The notes beneath the pieces were generated by a model. It was not told the DNA's origin and made no database searches. It saw nothing but the letters and a program-made list of their open reading frames with translations. A stretch of 64,000 nt of DNA, taken from contig NW_027590150.1 in the NCBI RefSeq assembly GCF_964213995.1, positions 372,001 through 436,000 on the forward strand, in the 5' to 3' direction. The stretch comes from Mustelus asterias. Taxonomy: Eukaryota. The translations under genes were made by a program, and so were the position numbers. Below are positions 35,968 through 49,894 of this stretch, piece after piece (within the stretch, counting starts at the first letter, position 1; each line of letters opens with the position of its first letter).

Positions 35968-38600
35968 AGGGCCGATCGTCGAGGGGGATCTGCACACTGA
36001 GGTAATATGGGCTGAGGTTAGAAATAGGAAAGGAGCGGTCACGTTGTTAGGAGTTTACTATAGGCCCCCAAATAGTAATAGAGATGTGGAGGAAGAAATT
36101 GCTAAGCAGATTATGGATATGTGTGGGGGTCACAGGGTAGTTGTCATGGCGGACTTCAACTTTCCGAATGTTGATTGGAACCTTTGTAGGTCAAATAGTT
36201 CGGATGGGGCAGTTTTTGTCCAGTGTGTGCAGGAGGGTTTCCTGACACAATATGTGGATAGGCCGACAAGAGGTGAGGCCACATTGGATTTGGTACTGGG
36301 AAATGAACCGGGCCAAGTGTTAGATTTGGTTGTGGGAGAGCACTTTGGAGATAGTGACCACAATTCTGTTTCTTTTGTGATTGCAATGGAGAGGGATAGG
36401 GCCGTATGGCAGGGCAAGGTTTACAATTGGGGGAGAGGTAATTATGATGCGATTAGGCAAGAATTAGGGGGCATAAGTTGGGAACACAAACTGTCAGGGA
36501 AAGGAACTAATGAAAAGTGGAACTTTTTCAAGGAACAAATACTGGGTGTCCTTGATAGGTATGTCCCTGTCAGGCAGGGAGGAAATGGCCGAGTGAGGGA
36601 ACCATGGTTCACGAAAGAGGTGGAATGTCTTGTGAAAAGGAAGAGGGAAGCTTATGTGGGGATGAGGAAACAACGTTCAGATGGCTCGATTGAGGGTTAC
36701 AAGTTAGCAAGGAATGAGCTGAAAAAGGGGCTTAGGAGAGCTAGAAGGGGTCATGAGAAGTCCTTGGCGGGTCGGATCAAGGAAAACCCCAAGGCTTTTT
36801 ACTCTTATGTGAGGAATAAAAGAATGACCAGGGTGAGGTTAGGGCTGGTCAAGGACAGTAGTGGGAACTGGTGTATGGAGTCAGTAGAGATAGGCGAGGT
36901 GATGAATGAATACTTTTCTTCAGTGTTCACCAAGGAGAGGGGCCATGTTTTTGAGGAAGAGAAGGTGTTACAGGCTTATAGGCTGGAGGAAATAGATGTT
37001 CGGAGGGAGGATGTCCTGGCAGTTTTGAATAGACTGAAGTTCGAAATGTCCCCTGGGCCTGATGAAACATATCCTAGGATTCTTTGGGAGGCAAGGGATG
37101 AGATTGCAGAGCCTTTGGCTTTGATCTTTGTGTCCTCACTGTCCACGGGGATGGTGCCAGAGGACTGGAGAATGGCGAATGTTGTTCCTCTGTTTAAGAA
37201 TGGGAATAGAAATGACCCTGGTAATTATAGAACGTTAGTCTGACTTCGGTGGTTGGTAAATTGATGGAAAAGGTCCTTAGGGATGGGATTTACGACCATT
37301 TAGAAAGATGCGGATTAATCCAGGATAGTCAGCACGGATTCGTGAAGGGCAAGTCGTGCCTCACAAATTTGATTGAATTTCTTGAGGAGGTAACTAAGTG
37401 TGTTGATGAAGTTAGGGCAGTTGATGTCATATACATGGATTTTAGTAAGGCATTTGATAAGGTCCCCCATGGTCGGCTTATGATGAAAGTGAGGAGCTGT
37501 GGGATAGAGGGAAAGTTGGCCGATTGGATAGGTAACTGGCTGTCTGATCAAAGACAGAGGGTGGTGGTGGATGGAACATTTTCGGACTGGAGGCAGGTTG
37601 CTAGCGGAGTGCCACAGGGATCAGTGCTTGGTTCTCTGCTCTTTGTGATTTTTATTAATGACTTAGAGGAGGGGGCTGAAGGGTGGATCAGTAAATTTGC
37701 TGATGACATCAAGATTGGTGGAGTAGTGGATGAGGTGGAGGGCTGTTGTAGGCTGCAAAGAGACATAGATGAGATGCAAAGCTGGGCTGAAAAATGGCAA
37801 ATGGAGTTTAACCCTGATAAATATGAGGTGATTCATTTTGTTAGGACTAATTTAAATGTGGATTTCAGGGTCGAAGGTAGGGTTCTGAAGACTGTGGAGG
37901 AACAGAGAGATCTTGGGGTCCATATCCACAGATCTCTAAAGGTTGCCACTCAAGTGGATAGAGCTGTGAAGAAGGTCTATAGTGTGTTCGCTTTTATTAA
38001 CAGGGGGTTGGAGTTTAAGAGCCGTGGGGCTATGCTGCAACTGTACAGGACCTTGCTGAGACCACATTTGGAATATTGTGTGCAATTCTGGTCACCTCAC
38101 TATAAGAAGGATGTGGAAGCGCTGGAAAGAGTGCAGAGGAGATTTACCAGGATGCTGCCTGGTTTGGAGGGTAGGTCTTATGAGGAAAGGTTGAAGGAGC
38201 TCGGGCTGTTCTCTCTGGAGCGGAGGAGGCTGAGGGGAGACTTAATAGAGGTTTATAAAATGATGAAGGGGATAGATAGAGTGAACGTTCAAAGACTATT
38301 TCCTCGGGTGGATGGAGCAATTACAAGGGGGCATAACTATAGGGTTCGTGGTGGGAGATATAGGAAGGATATCAGATGTAGGTTCTTTACGCAGAGAGTG
38401 GTTGTGGTGCGGAATGGACTGCCTGCAGTGATAGTGAAGTCAGACACTTTAGGAACATTTAAGCGGTTATTGGATAGGCACATGGAGCGCACCAGGATGA
38501 TAGAGAGTGGGATAGCTTGATCTTGGTTTCAGATAAAGCACGGCACAACATCGCGGGCCGAAGGGCCTGTTCTGTGCTGTACTGTTCTATGTTCTATGTA
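35968..38600 (+). mobile_element. CR1-clade LINE ORF2 (partial endonuclease + RT) with a frameshift near 37230
   Basis: ORFs 36044-37243 (ADFN, LDLV, SDH endonuclease motifs) and 37249-38520 (RT) in different frames; (TTCTATG)n tail; empty site in the duplicate at ~52665. Confidence 0.95.
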
Positions 38601-39095
38601 ATTTGCATAAACTTGCTCCAACAAACCGAGATATGATAAATGGCCAGTAAATTTGCGATTTTATTTGAAGAATGAGGATTTGGGTAGGATATTGGGCAGA
38701 ACAGCCTTGCCCTTCATAATTATATCAAGAGATTTTGCATCCTGGCATCGATTAAAATGTGAATCTGGTTCTGTCTCTGCTGATGCCCATTGAGATGCTG
38801 AGTAGCACTTTTGTTGTTTTAGTATTAGACTTCCGAAATCTGCAGCACTTTGCACTGCTTTTATTGAATCTCTGGATGTGAGCATCACTGACAAAGCCAA
38901 CAGTAATTGTCCCTACTGAGAAGGCGATTGTGAGCCACCTCGTTGAAACCTGCCCTCACGATGATTTTCTGTTTGACTTTCCATAGCAGCTTTGATACAA
39001 CTGGATGGCTTGCTTGGCAATTTCATCGGTGGCGAAGAGTTATTTTCATCACCGTGGAACTGGAGTCGATGTAGGACAGACAGGGGAAAGTTGGG

Positions 39096-39618
39096 AATCT
39101 TCGGTTTTCATGTTATTTCCAAAGAGACGACGTTGTTTGAAGTATAAAAGCAAATTACTGCGGATCCTGGAATTGAAACCATAAGAATAAATGCTGGTAA
39201 ATCTCAGCAGGCCTGGTAATATCTGTAAGGAGAGCTAAGAGCTGACGTTTCGAGTCCAGATGGCCCTTTGAAAAAGCTTCGACAAAGGGTCATCTGTGCT
39301 CGAAACGTCAGCTCTTCTTTCTCCTTACAGATGATGCCAGACTTGCTGAGATTTTCCAGCATTTTCTCTTTACGTTGTTTTAAGTGTCTTTGGGCGGAGT
39401 AAATTGATTCTGAATCCCTGGGGCGGAGGAATTGTAGGTTGATCCAAATCTATCCTACTGAAGAAGACACTATAAACGTTGTCCAGGGACCTGTGGGACC
39501 CGAACCACCCAGTTGCTGCCAATATTCAACGCGTTGGCCTTACAGCTCAGTCTCAGGGAGCCTCAGAGACGCCCGGTTTCTGCCTCTGGCTGAGTGAACA
39601 TAACCTCCGATTCGATAC
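39096..39618 (-). pseudogene. IGHV: Degenerate, 3'-truncated VH pseudogene interrupted by an insertion
   Basis: Reads [48 protein letters not shown]...APGIQNQFTPPKDT*; collinear with 24625-24350. Acceptor mutated to CAA, several stops, no YYC or RSS. Leader-intron remnant at ~39972-40063 matches ~24638-24729. Confidence 0.9.
39144..39371. mobile_element. Palindromic Penelope-like element with a 14-bp TSD, inside the pseudo-VH
   Basis: Inverted arms ~39190-39270 and ~39283-39365; ACGTTGTTT(G/T)AAGT at 39130-39143 and 39372-39385; GGGTC...CTCGAAACGTC hammerhead-like half. Confidence 0.8.
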
Positions 39619-39634
39619 TTGTAAAAATATAAAG

Positions 39635-39975
39635 AAAACAATGAAAACGAAAGGCCACACACCCCGAACATACTCTCTCACCTTTTTACATCGGGAACAA
39701 GATACAAAAGTATTAGGACACGGACAAACCGAAAACAAAATCGCTTCTTTCCTGCTGCAATCAGACTTTTGAATGAACCTTCCTCTCATTAAGTTGATCT
39801 TTCTCTATACCCTAGCTATGACTACAACACTACATTCTGCACTCGCTCGTTTCCATCTCTATGTACGGTATGCTTTCTCTGTATAGTGCGCAAGAAACAA
39901 TAATTTTCATTGTGTACTAATATGCACGCCAATAATAAATCAAATGAAACCAAACCAAATCAAATCAAATAAATC
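39635..39975 (+). mobile_element. Rex-Babar-like LINE 3' end inserted in the pseudo-VH intron
   Basis: RTNRKQNRFFPAAIRLLN-type C-terminus and (AATCA)n tail; splits sequence that is contiguous at ~24635. Confidence 0.7.
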
Positions 39976-40369
39976 AAAAACCCTGCGGATTATTCCCGAT
40001 GAATTGATTGCTGACACTGCGACATTCCAGAGATAGGCTAACATTGAGACAGTAACAGTGAGATCCATTGTCACGTCTCTGCTAGTCCAAGAGGTGAAAT
40101 TGCATTTGAGCCTCTGTTATAGAAAAAAAAACAATTTCATTGTAAATTAAGTCCCTTCATTTATCCACCCCTCCACAAGGGAATAGACATAAAGAAGATG
40201 ACATTAACTTATCAGGGTAAAGATGTCAATCTGATTTGCAATAATTCTGTGTCTCTAGCACATTGCATCAAAAATATAATTCATTAAAGGAATTATTATC
40301 GATTTATTGTATTTCTGGTGTGGATAGCTATCACTGTAACTTGGGACTGGATATAAGAAGAAAGGAATA

Positions 40370-40698
40370 CAATGGCCTAGTGTTTTTATCGCGAGACAAT
40401 TAATCCACAAACTCAACTAATGGCCTCAGGATCCGGCTTCGAGTCCCGCCACGGCAGATGGTGGAATTTAAATTCAGTAAAAACATCTGGAATCAAGAAT
40501 CTACTTATGACCATGATATCATTGCCGATTGTGTAAAAACCTATCTGGTTCACTAATGTCTTTTAGGGAAGGGAATCTGCTGTCCTTACTTGGTCTGGCC
40601 TACATGTGATTCCAGAGCCACAACAATGTGGTTAGCTCTCAACTGCCCTCGGATAAGAGGTGGGCCATAAATGCTGATCGTTCAGCGGCACCCATGTC
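40370..40698 (+). mobile_element. Second SINE type (DeuSINE/SacSINE-like)
   Basis: GGCAGATGGTGGAATTT...CTGGTTCACTAATGTC...GGCCTACATGTGA core. Confidence 0.7.
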
Positions 40699-41007
40699 CA
40701 TAGAATCCCTACAGAGCAGAAGGAGGCCATTTGGCCTATCAGGCCCGCACCGACACCATTCTCTCCCAGGCCCTATACCCATCACCCCACGTATATTCCC
40801 TGCTAATTCCCTTGACACTATGGGACAATTTATCATCGCCAATCAGCCTAAGCAGCACATCCTTGGATCGTATGAGTAAATAGGCAGACAATTGGAGAAT
40901 GTGCATGCTCCACAGAGACAGTGACTCCACACAGACCCAAACCGGTAATTGAACCCGGGTACGTGGCGCTGTGAGGCAGAAGTGCTAACAACTATGCCAC
41001 TGTGCCT
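40699..41007 (-). mobile_element. HE1-like SINE
   Basis: tRNA-like head at ~41007-40945, core and tail. Confidence 0.75.
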
Positions 41008-43687
41008 CCCACGAATGAATTCAAAAAAGAAAATCCTCATATGATACAGTATTACACTTTATATTTCTCCAACAGCTCCTTAACCCTGTGACAATTAGCG
41101 GTGAACGAAACCTGGTTGGCTTATAATTAATTGAGCTGGCAGAGAAAAAAAATTGAAATCGACTATTGACAGAATTGAATAAATCAGGACGGACACAGCG
41201 ATCAGGAAAGTTCTCCGTCAGCATCCAAATCATTGTAGCTCATCTTATTGACCACCGGCTGTCTCACATTCACTGGTAGTGGGAGCACAGGGCATCAGGA
41301 CTTTGCAGCATATTGCACAATATCACAAGAGTAAATGCTTTATCTTCCACAGAACCAGGTTATGAACTGGACATTTCTTCACAGATTGGCAGCTCTGAGA
41401 GGCACTGTTAAATAATCAAAATCAAATTATGCTGCACATTAGAACATGGTACTACTCAGGTACAAGAGACGTTGCCTTTCTAATGAGGGGCAGAAGACTG
41501 AGAATATTCCAGGAATCCGCGCTGTTCAAGGCAATTATATGACTTTATTTTACTTTTAATTATTTTCATTTTTGGGCCATTACACTGATCTCATTGGACT
41601 GAGGGATTGGGGACATCAAAATCTCTTTCCTGCACTTCATTGAAGTTGCTCACAAAGTGGCTTTAATTGTTGGAAGGACATTTATTTGTAAGTCATACAA
41701 ATGAAATAGCACCCAGCCAATTGACTCGTTCCCGATACTGTTTAATCACATAATCAACAGTGCATTCATTAAAAGTATTTGCTTGGAATGAATACCATTT
41801 AAAACGTGTCTTTCTTGTGGGAATCAGACATTTATTGCATAACTGGCTAAGTCCCATTTTATCCTTACATATTAACGTTAATCTGTCCACGCAGTGTTTG
41901 GCAGCGGTCCAACCTGCTGCCAAATATCCGAAAATATTTACAGGAAGCATCTGAGGGTGTTTGTTCAGAAACTCAAAGATCTGTTTCCTCAGTACTGAGC
42001 GCTTGGCTGCAAGCCAACTTCAAACTCTCAGCATTGTCAATGGGGCCTATTTATAAATAAATCTGCCCAGCAACAGTACTGGAGGCAACTTAATTATTTT
42101 TAATGTTGTAAACCTGTATGAATGTTTCCCATTTCTTTGGAAAAGAAAGTTTCCATCTTCTCTGGCTCCTTGTTAGCAACAATGACGATCTCTCCAACAC
42201 AACAAAGCACTGTGATCGATGGATAGTAATAAATACAGGCAGATTGTGAGAGTTGATTCAGAGAGGTGATATATCTTATACTGCATAAACATGTCTGCTT
42301 GTGCTTTATTTCACTTGATTCTTCCATGGGACGTGGGAGTCTCTGGAAAGACCAACATTTGTTTCCTGTGCATAATTTATTTTCAACTGAGCGGTGTGCT
42401 AGGGCATTTCGGAAGGCATTGCCCAGTTACACATATTGCTGCCTGTCTGTAGTCACACCCTGGTGAGACCAAGTAGGGATGGCAGATTTCCTTGATTGGG
42501 GAATCAGAGAGGTTTATCTGGTCGCTGTAAGTATGAATCCAGATTTATTGATTGAAATCAAATTCCACCAGCTGCCATGGTCCGATGTAATCTCGTGTTC
42601 CCTCATCACTGGCTTGGGCTTCTGGATTACTGCTCCACTGGCATTAATATTACGCCACCATCGACACAAGAAATAAATAAATGCCTGTGTTGACGCAGGG
42701 ATGAACGATAGTTGGATACCTGAATGTTTTCATTGAGGAATCAGTGAATGGACTGATGGATGCGACGATAGCTGGTCCTGAAATTTGTTGTTCTACATTC
42801 GCTTACTTGTGTTTTACTACTTCAAAAATCGAATCTAGTCCTTTATTACAATTGTGTCAGTCTACAACCTTTAATCCTTCCAGATTTTCTGGGTGAAATC
42901 CATCCCCGGGATATCGGGAACACATGAATTGAACCTCACTAAGATTAGTCTGATTTTTCCCCATGTTGGTGGTAAATCTTCAAATCCAAAATGGAAAGAG
43001 GGAACATGATTAGGTTGATGAGGGAGGATTGTAATATTTGGAACATGTGGCCTTTCCAGTGCAACAAAATCACTCAACAGATCATCACCCAAATTAGTGA
43101 AGCCTAATAAATAAATAATGTGGCAACGAAAATATTGTGTAACTCACTGGACAGCTTGAAGTTTTGAATTACTTTCCAGAACTGTGTAAAAATGAATCGG
43201 GATTTTTAAGCTCCTATAAATTCATATTAGATACAGATACTTTCAGTTATACAGCCATTATAAAAATGGTCACACATTCCAGTTATTTATCAGGAGTTTC
43301 TGTGTGATGATGAGGTGATTACTTGTAATAAAGCGTAGAGGCTGCTGGGTAGCTGCTACTATTTGGTCTGATTTAAATCAATTTCCCACTGAATTCTGAG
43401 GCAGATTTGATTCTTTCGTGACAGAAAGGCGAATGCTGTCTCAATACATTTGAATCTCAATGAATTGTACTAAATAAACTGAAATTATATTCGCATCAAA
43501 TAAAATACTGACAATAATTGGTGAAATATTAATTAATTTTTGTGAATTGAAGATTATTGGTAATATTAGCGCCAGGCAATGACCACCTCCAAAAAGGGAG
43601 AATCTACCCATTGCTCCTTGTCACTCAATGATATTATGATACTGAATCACCCACTATAAACATCGTCGGTGTTACCAATGGCTAACA

Positions 43688-44511
43688 AGAATATAAGAAC
43701 ATAAGAAGTAGGAGCAGGAGTAGGCCATCTAGCCCCACGAGCCTGCCCCGCCATTCAATAAAACCATGGCTGATCTGATAGTGTGTTCCACTTACCCGCC
43801 CGCTCCCCATAACCCTTAATTCCCTTATTGATCAGAAATCTATCTACCTGTGACTTAAACATATTGAACGAGGTAGCCTCCACTGCTTCAATGGGCAGAG
43901 AATTCATTCCAAAGATTCACTACCCTCTGAGAGAAGAAGTTCCTCCTCAACTCTGTTCTAAACTTATTTTGAGGCTGTGTCCTCTCGTTCTTGTTTCCTT
44001 TCTAAGTGGAAAGAATCTCTCTGCCTCTACCCTGTCTAGTCCGTTCATTATCTTATATGTCTCTATAAGATCTCTCCTCAGCCTTCTAAACTCCAATGAG
44101 TACAGGCCCAATCTACTCAATCTCTCCTCATAAGCTAACCCCCTCATCTCCGGTATCAACCTGGTGAACCTTCTCTGTACTCCCTCCAAGGCCAATATAT
44201 CCTTCCGCAAATAAGGGGACCAAAATTGCACACAGCACTCTAGTTGCGGCCTCACCAGTACATTGTACAATTGTAGCAGGACCTGCCTGCTTTTATACTC
44301 CATCCCCTTCGCGATAAAGGCCAACATTCCATTTGCCTTCTTGATCACCTGCTGCACCTGCACTCTGATTTTTTCCGATTCATGCACAAGGACCCACAGG
44401 TCTCTCTGCACAGTAGCATGTTGTAATTTTTCATCATATAAATAAGAGTCCATTTTACTATTATTGCTTCCAAAGTGGATAACCTCACACTTGTCAACGT
44501 TATATTCCATC
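43688..44511 (-). mobile_element. CR1-clade LINE 3' fragment nested in an L2-like remnant
   Basis: ORF 43947-44510; (TAAGAACA)-type tail; L2-like sequence on both sides (~43570-43680 and ~44515-45080). Confidence 0.88.
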
Positions 44512-46164
44512 CAGCTCCGGTTGGAAAATCAGGTCAGCCTGCTGTGAGTAACCCACCTCCAGACTCCCCAAACCTGTGCACCAACTACACGACATAAGTC
44601 AGGAGAGTAAAAGGGTTCTTTCCACTTGCTTGAATAAGTGGAGCTCAAACAACATTCAAGAATCTTCATACCATTCAGGAATAAGCTGCCGGCTTGACTG
44701 GCATAGAATTTGAAAATGCTCACTCCCTCCACCACAGAGAGCAGTATGATGTACCATTTACAAGTTTCACTTCCGAAACTCACCAAGACTCCTTAGGCAG
44801 CAACTTCCAACCACACGACAGTTACCATCTGGAAGGACAGGAGTAACAGTTACCAGGGAATATCACCTATAAATTCCCCTCCAAATCAGTCATATACCTG
44901 ACTTGTAAACATATCGTCCTTCCTACACTGTCGCTGGATTGAAATCCTAGAACAGCACAGTGTGGGTACCGACACCACAGGTTCTGCAGCAATTCAAGCA
45001 GTTAGCTCATCACCAGCTTACTAAGGGCAATTAGGTATAGGCAATAAATGCTGACTTAGCCAGCAACACCCATGTCCCTTGAATTAAAACTTAAATGCAT
45101 TAATGTTTATGAATGGATGATAACTTGTGAACAAAATTGTGCAACTTTGTGAATGGATGGCAATTGGTGAAAATAAATACCAACTTTCTGAACATTTATG
45201 ACCTTCTCTTTCTCTGCCAGGAGATAGGTTCCGTTCCACAGGAGATTCATGATTCAAAAGCATCACACTATCCGAAGACAAGGTCGACAGAAGAGGCGGC
45301 AACATCTGCAGCTGTATCTCAATCATAGCATCACGGGAAAGGCCTTTGATAGGATTACAATTTTGTTACTCGTCTGCTTGAAGACCGGGATTAACCTGAA
45401 GCACAGTGTTGTGGTTGTGTTGGAAGATATACGTATCATAACCATACTTTCGTGAATCGCAAGAAGATATTCGACACTCGCATCAGAGCAGAGACTGCAA
45501 GATTTGGGGGAACTAGGCTCTCCACCAAAAAGTCCTCGGTCTCATTCATGACACACAAAACGACAATCTACAACCACAACTGATAGCGTCATGGGCAACA
45601 CTTGTAGTTGAATCAATCTCTCAAAAGTTGTCCCCCTCAGTCATCAACAAATTTGACATATGCAAAAGAAACCAAACTGAAATGAATGTGTTTATTGTGT
45701 TTCTAACTTCTATTGTAAATGGAAGGATGCCGGTTATCATTGTGACGTTGATTTGTAAACAATATGACATTTTTCCGACAACGCACGCAGAGGCACACAC
45801 ATATATTCTCTCTTGTTCTCATTCTGTCCCACAAATTGTCTCCCTTTCATACGCACGTACACGTACAGAAATAGAAACACACACACACACTTTCCTTCAA
45901 CTTAACACTCCATCTTGGCTTCCGAGGAATCACCTCATCATCACACAGAAACTCCTGATAAATAACTGGAATGTGTGACCAACTATCTTTCAGATGGAAC
46001 GATGAACAAATAAACTTTCCCCAACGCCATGTTTGCTGAGCTGGACGTTAAAGGTCCCATGGTCTCCAACAGCGCCCTGGTCAACATCCCTCCTTTTAAC
46101 CAAAATGAACAAAAATGCATTACCATGGATTGAGCTATTTTGATCTGATGCTGATCTGGCAACA

Positions 46165-46975
46165 TCGGAACATAGCCGCAGGAGTAGGCCATTCAGCTCC
46201 TCGAACTCGCCTCGCCATTCAATAAGTTCATGGCTGATCTGTGGCCGAATACATGTACCTTCCCTCGGCCCATGTTGATACCCCTGTTCAATAAAAGAAA
46301 ATCGATCTCAGACTTCAATCTAACAATTGAACCAGCACCCACCGGCGTCTGCGGAAGAGAGTTCCAAACATCCATCTCTCTCTGCGTGTACAAATTCTTT
46401 CTATTAACTCTCCTGAACGGCCTGTCCCTATTTTTTAAAACTATGGCCCTTTATTCTCGAACTTTCAACGTGTGGAAACACTTTATCTTTATCTACCTTC
46501 CCTGTAAATATTTCATAGATTTCTATCAGAGCAGCCCTCAACCTTCTGAATTCGAGAGAAAAAGTCTTAATTTGTCTGATCTCTCCTCGCAACTTGCGTT
46601 GAACTCCCTCCAGAGCCAACATCTTTCCAAAGATTTGTTGCCCATGCCTGCTCACAGTACTCTTTTTGTGGTGTAACAAAGATTTTCACAATTGCAGTAC
46701 AACATCTGCATCCCTATACTCCAGTCCTTTGGGAATGAAGGCCAGCATTCCATTGGCCTTAATGTCTATTTTCTGCATCAGTTCGTGGCATTTTGAGAAA
46801 CTATGCGCCTGAAGGCCCAAATCTCGTTGGGCATCCACTAAATTTAATTTTGTGCCTTCTAAAAATACCTTGATCTATCATTTGGACATTTGACTTTTTA
46901 TGCCATTATCTAAGCCATTAATGAATACTGTCAATAATTGAGGCCCCAAGACAGATTCCTGCGGGACACCACTTA
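46165..46975 (-). mobile_element. Old degenerate CR1-like LINE fragment
   Basis: Broken RT C-terminal motifs (LEGVQR, FSLEFRRLR) and 3' UTR. Confidence 0.75.
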
Positions 46976-47399
46976 AGCTGCATGATTCAGCAACGTACGT
47001 GTACAATTCGTTGCACCTTACAATTTGGCACCTTCCGCAGAAGGGGATGTGGTATTACATTAATGGATGTGAATTCGTGGTACATTCATATCATAGATCA
47101 TACCTAACAGCGATATTTTCACAGTAACTGTAATTACAGAGTTTTGCCAGCAGATGGAAATGAAATCTTGATGGGTTACATTACATGACGCAATGAATGC
47201 CGCAATAAATACTACACTGGACCCTGTATCTGTTCATTTTGAATTGACCTCCATATGTATCTATTTAGAATGGGCACAGTCTCTGATTATACTACATTAT
47301 ATTATATGGCACCCTGTTTAAACTAATATTGCACCAGTACATGTCAATGTATACATCACACAATCACTCTGATCCGAATATTTCCAGGAAGGATCAAAC

Positions 47400-49230
47400 T
47401 TTGCAGTTCTGCCGCATGCAGTCCTGAATGGTCGTGGACATTAATACAATTAACCGCCGCAGGAGCCTCAAATAAAACCCACATTCTTAATGATGTGGGA
47501 CCTCAGCAAAGGGTAAAGAAACAAAACTGAAACAATTGCTACCATCTCCAGCCGGAAGTGCCGAGAAGATGTTCCATCTCAGCCTCCTCCTGAGGTCCCC
47601 AGCATCACAGATGCCTGTTTCCAAGCAGTTCAATTCATTTCACAGTATAATATTGGAACAGGAATAGGCCATTCAGCCCCTGGAGCCCGCTCCGCCACGC
47701 AATATGTTCATGATTGATCTGTGGCCTAACACTGAGCTGAAGGCTTTGGACACTGCAAAGGTTATTGGTCCTGACAATATTTCAGCAATAATAATGACGA
47801 TTTGTGCTCTGGAGCTAGCTGCGCCCCAGCCAATCTATTCAAGTATATACATCACGGTCACATACCCAACAGTATGGAAAATTGGCAGACATGTCCTGTC
47901 ACGAAAAGCAGGGAAAATCCAATCCGGCCAATTATCGCCCAATGCGTCCTCACTCGATCAACGTAATAGAAAGTATCAAGGATCATCCGATCAGCAATAA
48001 TAATAATCCGCTCAATGATGCTCTCTCTGGGTCCCACTAGGGGCACGCGGTTCCAGAAATCATTTGAACTTAGTCCAAATATAGTAGAAATAGCTGATTT
48101 AATAAGGTAAGGTGAGAGTGCCTGCCCTCGACAATAACGCAGCACTTGACTGATTATGGCATCAATAAGCCCGAGCGAAGCTGCAGTCAATGGGGATCCG
48201 GGGGTAAACATTCCACTGGCTTCAGTCAAACCGAACATAGAGTAAGATGGTTGTGGTTGTTGAAAGCCAATCATCTGAGTCACAGGGCTTTGCTGCAGGA
48301 AGTCCTCAGGATAGTGTGCTCGGCCTAATCTTCACCCTTCATTGGAAGGTCAGAAGTGGGATGTTCACTAATGATTGCACAGTGTTCAGCACATTTGCGA
48401 CTCCTCAGATACTGAAGCAGTCCGTGTCCATATGCAGCAAGACTTAGAACACATTCAGGCTTTTCTGAGGATTAGAGAATAACATTCACGCCACACAAGT
48501 GGCAGGCAATGACCTTCTGCAAGTAAGAGAGATTCCAAACATCTCCCTTTGACACTAAATGGCATGACGACGGCTGAAACCCCCACTATCATCATTCTGT
48601 GAATTACCGTTGATTAAAAACTGAACTAGGCAGCCATGTAAAAAATATTGCGACAAGGACATGTCAGACGCTGGGAATTTTGTGTTGAGTCACTCACCCC
48701 TTGACTTCTCAAACCCTCTCCATCATGTACAGAGCAAAGGTCAGGAGTCTGATTGAATGTTCTCCACTTGTCTGACGTGTGACCCTGAAGCAACACCCAA
48801 ATATCTCGAAACCACCCAGCAAAAAGCAGGTTGCTCGATGAACGCCCCACACACCACTTTAAGCATTCACTCTCTGCATCACAGATGTACAACTCCAGTA
48901 GTGTGAACTATACACAACTTGGAGAGCGGCAACATAATCCTTCGATAGCACCTTCCAAACACATTCATTCTGATACTTAAAACGACAAGGGCAGCAGATG
49001 CACGAGAACACAATTACCTGCAAGTGCCCATAAAACCCACACGCCATCTTGACTGTATATTTCAGTGTCAATGGATGAAAACCTTGTAACTCCCTTCCTG
49101 TCAGCACTGTGCGTGTATTTACTCTGTGGAATTCAATGGCTCGAGAAGAGTGCTCACCACTACATTCTCAAAGGGAAAAACGAAGTGGCAACAAATGCTA
49201 CTTTACCAGTGACACAAAAATCTCATAAAA
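47400..49230 (+). mobile_element. Degenerate L2/CR1-superfamily LINE
   Basis: LKALDTAK..GPDNI and AGSPQDSVLG remnants followed by a 3' UTR-like segment. Confidence 0.7.
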
Positions 49231-49443
49231 TAACTTTAAACATATCATATCTCTGCTTATATTCAATTAACCCCCATTTCTGTTTGTATTGAAATAGGCC
49301 ATGTCTCGATCACATTACAACATGTCTTATCTCCGTTATTTCCCTACTCGGCTCATTATCAGTTGTTCCGACAAGAAGCCAAGGCCCTACTTCGACGATA
49401 GTTTCTGAGTTATGACTGTGCTGAACTATGTTTCAGTTAATAC

Positions 49444-49745
49444 GGGCGGCACGGTGGCACAATAGTTATCACTGCTGCCTGATAGCACCAGGGACCCGGT
49501 TTCAATTCCCAGCTATGGTGACTGTCTGTGTGTCGTCTGCATGTTCTCCCTGTGTCTGGGTGGGTTTCATCCGGGTCCTCCGGTTTCCTCCCACAGTCCG
49601 AAGGACGTGCTGTTTAGGTGCATTTTGGCCATGCTAAATTCTCCCCTAAATTCTACCCGAACAGGCGACTAGGGGATTTTCACAGTAACTTAATTGCAGT
49701 GTTGATGTAAGCCTACTTGTGACACTAACAAATAAGCTTTAAAAC
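49444..49745 (+). mobile_element. HE1-like SINE
   Basis: GGGCGGCACGGTGGCAC head, B-box-like motif and core. Confidence 0.8.
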
Positions 49746-49894
49746 TTTAATCTGGCTGTGTCTCAATTCCTACTGCATCACAGCATTTATCTGTGTATAC
49801 TAAACTGAAACAACATTCTTACATTACAAATGTTTCGGTCACAGTATTTGCTTGAATAGTTCATTATCAAATTAACTCGATCTTGTTTTAGTTA

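Noticed and set aside
35968-38600. Active autonomous LINE
   Set aside because: 5'-truncated within the endonuclease and frameshifted; the copy at 57812-60985 is likewise broken.
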